A DNA stretch of 51,406 nucleotides. Source: Macrostomum lignano (lineage: Eukaryota). A model generated the notes under the pieces. That model saw only the letters and a program-made list of their open reading frames with translations, did not search any database and was not told the origin of the DNA. Position 1 is the stretch's first letter. Every line of letters begins with the position of its first letter. The stretch spans positions 1 to 51,406 of the forward strand of contig NIVC01004295.1 of the NCBI GenBank assembly GCA_002269645.1, given 5' to 3'. Positions 46,701 through 51,406 of this stretch are shown here, one piece after another. The position numbers and the translations under genes were made by a program.

Positions 46701-47799
46701 TGATGAGCCAGATTCGCTCAAGTTTAACCTCTTCAATGCGGAGTCGGATGACAGCATTTTGCCTAACGTGGAGCCCTATCCGTCTGCGGGGCCGCCGTCG
46801 CCTCCGCCAAAAGTTCAGTACTTCTGGGAGAAGCCGCAACAGCAGCAGCAGCAGGAGCAGCATCAGAAAATCAAATCTGAACCTGCTACTAATAGCACTG
46901 CACAACCGTTTTCATTCAACCTGTTGGACAACTGGTCCGAATCTGATGATGCAGACGACGGCAACAGCGACGCGATGGTTGTTCCTCAGTCCAGACAGGC
47001 GGCTGGCAGGCCGGGATTCGCCTGCTTTGTTGACATGCCTCAACAGGTTGGCCAGACTGGCCGCAGTGGCGCCGGATCGGCCGGCGGGACCAGCAGCGGG
47101 GCCAAGGTGAAGCTGGTCACTTTGGAGCCTCTGCGGCGGAGCAGCGGCGACTCGTCCGCCTCCTCGTTTGCTAGGACCAGCGCGCCTGTCGCTCAGGGGG
47201 AATCTTCTTCAACCAAATATTTTGTTGAGCAGAAATCTGTCTCGTCTTATAGTGGCGCTCTCACATCATCTTTTACTATGAGTAGCCAGTTGCAGATGCC
47301 TGTTGATAAATTTAATTCCGCAGCTGTTGCGCCTAGAGACGCCACCAACCAATCCGTCAAACAGCAGCAGCAGCAGTCGGTCTCAGCTCAGAGCCGTAAG
47401 CGCTCATCTGGCAAAGCTAAACTTCTGCAGCCTCCTGCGGATAAACGCAATACGCTTCATCATTATTGGGGCTCAAACAGTCAGCAACAGCAGCAGAAAC
47501 AGAAGCAGCATCGTCATGAGGAAGCAATTAAGAAGCAACTCGGAGACGTGTCAATAAACATCCTAGACGGCTATTACAAGCGCGGCTGTATTGACCGGCC
47601 CAGCTTCAAGCTCGTGGCCCGTCGGCTGACTCACCAGCTGATGGCCCAGTTCGCCGGCCCAGACAATCGTGACAGCTCTTTATTAGTAGAGTCGGCCAAA
47701 GTCCAGGCGGAGCGCTGGGTTAACCGGCTGTTTGCTGCTCACGGCGGCTACGTTGGCGGCGGTGAAAGCAATATCGATTGGAGTCAGATGGCTGGATGA
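43767..47799 (+). CDS. RECQL5: ATP-dependent DNA helicase RecQ5, long isoform architecture (helicase, Zn-binding RQC, IRI/KIX, SRI), 3 exons (43767-45031, 45630-45976, 46274-47799), 1045 aa
   Basis: [100 protein letters not shown]; Zn cysteines CK|CR...CRTNCDAC; DPDLY; KIX-like CPIRDAG...CREQSYNLL...[14 protein letters not shown]; SRI-like YYKRG...[12 protein letters not shown]. Intron phases 2 and 1; total 3138 nt. Confidence 0.93.
45190..45562. repeat. 22-bp G-rich minisatellite (GGGGCGCCAAAGCTG(C/T)TGCAAG)n, about 17 units, in RECQL5 intron 1
   Basis: Directly visible. Confidence 0.95.
46120..46260. repeat. 23-bp tandem repeat (ATGTCTTATTCAATCATGGTAAC), about 5 units, in RECQL5 intron 2
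   Basis: Directly visible. Confidence 0.85.
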
Positions 47800-48107
47800 C
47801 GTAATAATTATTTGTTTTTTGAGAGCAATTCTGATAGAACAATGAGCATGCGTATTCATGTCTCTGAGTCTCAAGCAGCTACACGGTGTGTACAGATAAT
47901 TATCTATTGCAATTCATCGTTAAGTCAATGTTGAATTATATGCATTTAAAAGTAAGCTGACGTGTGGATTATACTTAATTTGATCTTTCAAGGTATCGAT
48001 ACTATTCTAAAATAAATCCTAGTTTAGAATTCATTTTCAGATATGCATAATACTATTTGCCTATGCTGTATCTCTAGTTCCACCCGGTGCCATGAAACTA
48101 AATTGTG

Positions 48108-48500
48108 CCTAACCCTAACCCACCTCACTCCGCACCCACCTCACTCCGCACCCACCTCACTTCTCACCCACCCCACTCCTCACCCACCTCACTCCGCACC
48201 CACCTCACTCCTCACCCACCTCACTCCTCACCCACCTCACTCCTCACCCACCTCACTCCGCACCCATCTCACTCCTCACCCACCTCACTCCTCACCCACC
48301 TCACTCCTCACCCACCTCACTCCTCACCCACCTCACTCCTCACCCACCTCACTCCGCACCCACCTCACTTCTCACCCACCCCACTTCTCACCCACCTCAC
48401 TCCTCACCCATCTCACTCCGCACCCACCTCACTCCGCACCCACCTCACTCCGCACTCACCTCACTCCGCACCCACCTCACTCCTCACCCACCTCACTCAT
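48108..48500. repeat. 16-bp C-rich minisatellite (CACCCACCTCACTCC(T/G))n, about 24 units, starting with CCTAACCCTAACCC
   Basis: Directly visible; the first 14 nt match (CCCTAA)n telomeric sequence. Confidence 0.93.
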
Positions 48501-49231
48501 CACGCATCATGCAGATGTTAAAGTTTTAGCCAAAAAAGGTTCTGCATTTCTCACAGTTAGACAAGTATTCTGATTAGTTTATGTCAAGCATGCTTGATAA
48601 TTAATATTAATACTGTAAAATTATCGTTACTACATCCTTATAATTATTGTATGCCAAATCACGTATGTTTATTCCATATAGGAATCGAAAAAAACTTGTT
48701 CATTTAGTCCGTAATATCCAATAATTGAATTTTTTTATTTTAGCAAGCTTTATCTTTCGCATTAGTAATGTTTGCTATCCATATGTTAATTTTAATCTAT
48801 TAGAATGGCTAAATGTAGCTTAACACTATTGAATACACTACTTGCTACAAGTAGTACGTGTCCTGCTAGTGCCTGTGCTAAATTCCATCTGAGCTTCATC
48901 GATTAAAATGGCTATCTACTATAGCTAAGTTTATAATTGTTCGAGTTGTCCCTGGGGGCCTTTTCTGTTCAAGGAGTTCTGTGTACTTACTTAGTTTATC
49001 ATATATCCTGGTTGCCTACCAAAGTGAAATTTGTACTTCCTGTTTGTTTGTAAGTCTGGCTTTTGACTTGATTTATTTTCTATGTTCATATTAATTCTGT
49101 AATATTGCAAATGTGGATCATTGTATAGTCTGTTGAATATTCCACAAGATATTATTCAGTTTGTTAGCAAAATACAAGGTTTTGTCTATTCTGAAACTTC
49201 ACTTGTTATCAGTTAGCTAGTTAGCTATTTA

Positions 49232-49604
49232 GGGGGGCCGTAGCCCAGCGGTAGCGCAGCTGCTCTGGTGTGCCAGCGACCCAGGCTCGATTCCAAGTGC
49301 AGTCACATTAATTTGGGGCTGAATTGGAATCTCGGCTTGGCTCTGCTCGTGCAATTAACGGCCTTGAGGTTGAGAGCCAACCCCCCCAAGGCGCAGTGAA
49401 GTGTACATGCCTAACGATAATATAAAGTTAGGGCCGCTGTACACTCCTGTGTGAGTGTGTGCCTGCGTACGTATCCGCGCACTTGTATGCCTGCTCAGGG
49501 GAGTCGGCGGAATGGGCAGTAATGCCTCTCGCCGGTTGTGTGCCTATGTCGCTTAAAGTGCGCCAGGGTGCACACAACCCCCCTGCCTCTAATAAAAAAA
49601 TAAA
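49232..49604 (+). mobile_element. Young tRNA-derived SINE, copy 2
   Basis: Colinear with 20032-20392 apart from scattered substitutions and a small TTGAGG duplication. B box GGCTCGATTCC, A-rich tail, 12-bp TSD TAGTTAGCTATT (49218-49229 / 49605-49616). Confidence 0.9.
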
Positions 49605-50190
49605 TAGTTAGCTATTCAATGTGTTAGCTAATTAGCAATTCATTGAGTTAGCTAATTAGCAATTCAGTGAGTTAGCTAATTAGCTATTCAGTGAGTTAGC
49701 TAGTTGGCTATTCAGTGAGTTAGCTAATTAGCTATTCAGTGAGTTAGCTAATTAGCTATTCAGTGATTTAGCTAGTTAGCTATTTAGTGAGTTAGCTAGT
49801 TAGCTATTCAGTGAGTTAGCTAATTAGCTATTCAGTGAGTTAGCTAGTTAGCTATTCAGTGATTTAGCTAGTTAGCTATTTAGTGAGTTAATTAGCTATT
49901 CATTGAGTTAGCTAATTAACTATTCAGTGAGTTAGCTTGTTAGCTATTCAGTGAGTTAGCTTGTTAGCTATTTAGTGAGTTAGCTAGTTAGCTATTCAGT
50001 GATTTAGCTAGTTAGCTATTTAGTGAGTTAATTAGCTATTCATTGAGTTAGCTAATTAACTATTCAGTGAGTTAGCTTGTTAGCTATTCAGTGAGTTAGC
50101 TTGTTAGCTATTTAGTGAGTTAGCTAGTTAGCTATTCAGTGAGTTAGCTAATTAGCTATTCAGTGAGTTAGCTAGTTAGCTATTCATTCA
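49605..50190. repeat. 24-bp minisatellite (AGCTATTCAGTGAGTTAGCTA(A/G)TT)n, about 24 units, upstream of GTPBP4
   Basis: Directly visible. Confidence 0.95.
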
Positions 50191-50320
50191 GCTGGCTCGC
50201 TATCTAGTTACCAATTTCTTCAATAGTACTCGCAAGTGGTTACTTAGTAAAGTAGTATATAGACTAACAACTAATCAAGCTGACTCCCTCATAAACATCA
50301 GTGTGTAAACTTACCCATTG

Positions 50321-50343
50321 GTATTCATTTCCTATACTTTCAG
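50321..50343 (+). promoter_or_regulatory. 3' splice acceptor in the GTPBP4 5' region (candidate SL trans-splice site or 5'UTR intron end)
   Basis: GTATTCATTTCCTATACTTTCAG, 64 nt before the ATG, with upstream CTAAC/CTAAT branch-like motifs. No strong donor seen nearby. Confidence 0.5.
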
Positions 50344-50407
50344 CGCAGCTCTTGAGACCCGTTCCGCCAATTAAAAAATCGATTAACTAATTGACTAATT
50401 GGAAACA

Positions 50408-50866
50408 ATGGTGCAGTACAATTTCAAACAGATCACGGTGGTGCCAACCGCCAAAGACTTTGTTGACATAGTGCTGTCAAAGACTCAGCGCAAGACTCCA
50501 ACTGTGATCCATCGGCACTATCAGATCTCTCGAATCAGGCAGTTCTACACTCGCAAAGTGAAGTTTACTCAGCAGACATTCTACGACAAGTTGACAGCCA
50601 TTGTGACCGAGTTCCCCAGGCTGGAGGAGCTGCACCCGTTCTATGCCGATCTCATCAACGCCCTGTACGATCGGGACCACTACAAACTGGCCCTGGGCCA
50701 GATTAACACGGCCAGGCACCTGGTTGCCCGAGTCGGCCAGGACTATTCCCGGCTGTTGAAGTATGGCGACTCGCTGTACAGGTGCAAACAGTTGAAACGG
50801 GCCGCTCTGGGCCGCATGGCTACTATTATGCGTGGACAGTCTTCTACGCTGGCTTACCTGGAACAG
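50408..50866 (+). CDS. GTPBP4: Nucleolar GTP-binding protein 1 (NOG1), first coding exon; the gene continues beyond the window
   Basis: [32 protein letters not shown]...[14 protein letters not shown]...HPFYADL...[12 protein letters not shown]...[22 protein letters not shown]...LAYLEQ is the NOG1 N-terminus. Donor CAG|GTGCGC at 50866/50867. Confidence 0.96.
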
Positions 50867-50914
50867 GTGCGCTGGGGATTCTTGCTTTTATTGTGTTCAG
50901 TGATAGTCCAATAG

Positions 50915-51406
50915 CCAGCTTGCCAGATCCTCAGTTGCTGGGTCAGCTTCCCAGATCTTCAGTTGCTGGCCAGCCTCCCAGATCCTCAGTTGCTGGGCCA
51001 GCCTCCCAGATTCTCAGTTGCTGGGTCAGCTTCCCAGATCCTCAGTTGCTGGGCCAGCCTCCCAGATCCTCAGTTGCTGGGTCAGCTTCCCAGATCCTCA
51101 GTTGCTGGGCCAGCCTCCCAGATCCCCAGTTGCTGGGCCAGCTTCCCAAATCCTCAGTTGCTGGGCCAGCCTCCCAGATCCTCAGTTGCTGTTCCAGCCT
51201 CCCAGATCCTCAGTTGCTGGGCCAGCCTCCCAGATCCTCAGTTGCTGGGCCAGCCTCCCAGATCCTCAGTTGCTGGGCCAGCCTCCCAGATCCTCAGTTG
51301 CTGGGCCAGCCTCCCAGATCCTCAGTTGCTGGGCCAGCCTCCCAGATCCTCAGTTGCTGGGCCAGCCTCCCAGATCCCCAGTTGCTGGGCCAGCCTCCCA
51401 GATCCT
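50915..51406. repeat. 28-bp minisatellite (GCCTCCCAGATCCTCAGTTGCTGGGCCA)n in GTPBP4 intron 1, running off the window
   Basis: Directly visible; each unit contains a CCCAG/CTGGG inverted pair. Confidence 0.95.

Overview
Eukaryotic (metazoan) genomic window, not prokaryotic: GC-rich exons, GT-AG introns, no CRISPR arrays, no rRNA. The GC-rich exons with poly-Q/poly-A runs, together with 22-79 bp minisatellites filling most introns, resemble the flatworm Macrostomum lignano. That is an inference, not verified. I reconstructed spliced models by hand; for the six genes complete in the window the joined exon length is a multiple of 3. Gene order: a possible gene tail (2-217, +); enolase (+, 2 exons, with two single-base frameshifts); CFAP57/WDR65 (-, 12 exons, with tRNA-Arg(ACG) and a CORE-like SINE antisense in intron 10); then five co-directional + strand housekeeping genes: MRPS26, PMPCA, an FHIP/FAM160 family gene, RECQL5, and exon 1 of GTPBP4/NOG1. 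Each of the five has an acceptor-like AG just upstream of its ATG, so they are a candidate SL trans-spliced operon. Non-coding DNA holds about 15 unrelated tandem arrays, a young tRNA-derived SINE (two copies with 12-bp TSDs), more divergent elements sharing its core motifs, hAT-like and other MITEs, and a perfect A-B-A'-B' interleaved inverted repeat upstream of MRPS26. Most long ORFs in the supplied track that lie outside these gene models are translations of repeats or antisense shadows.
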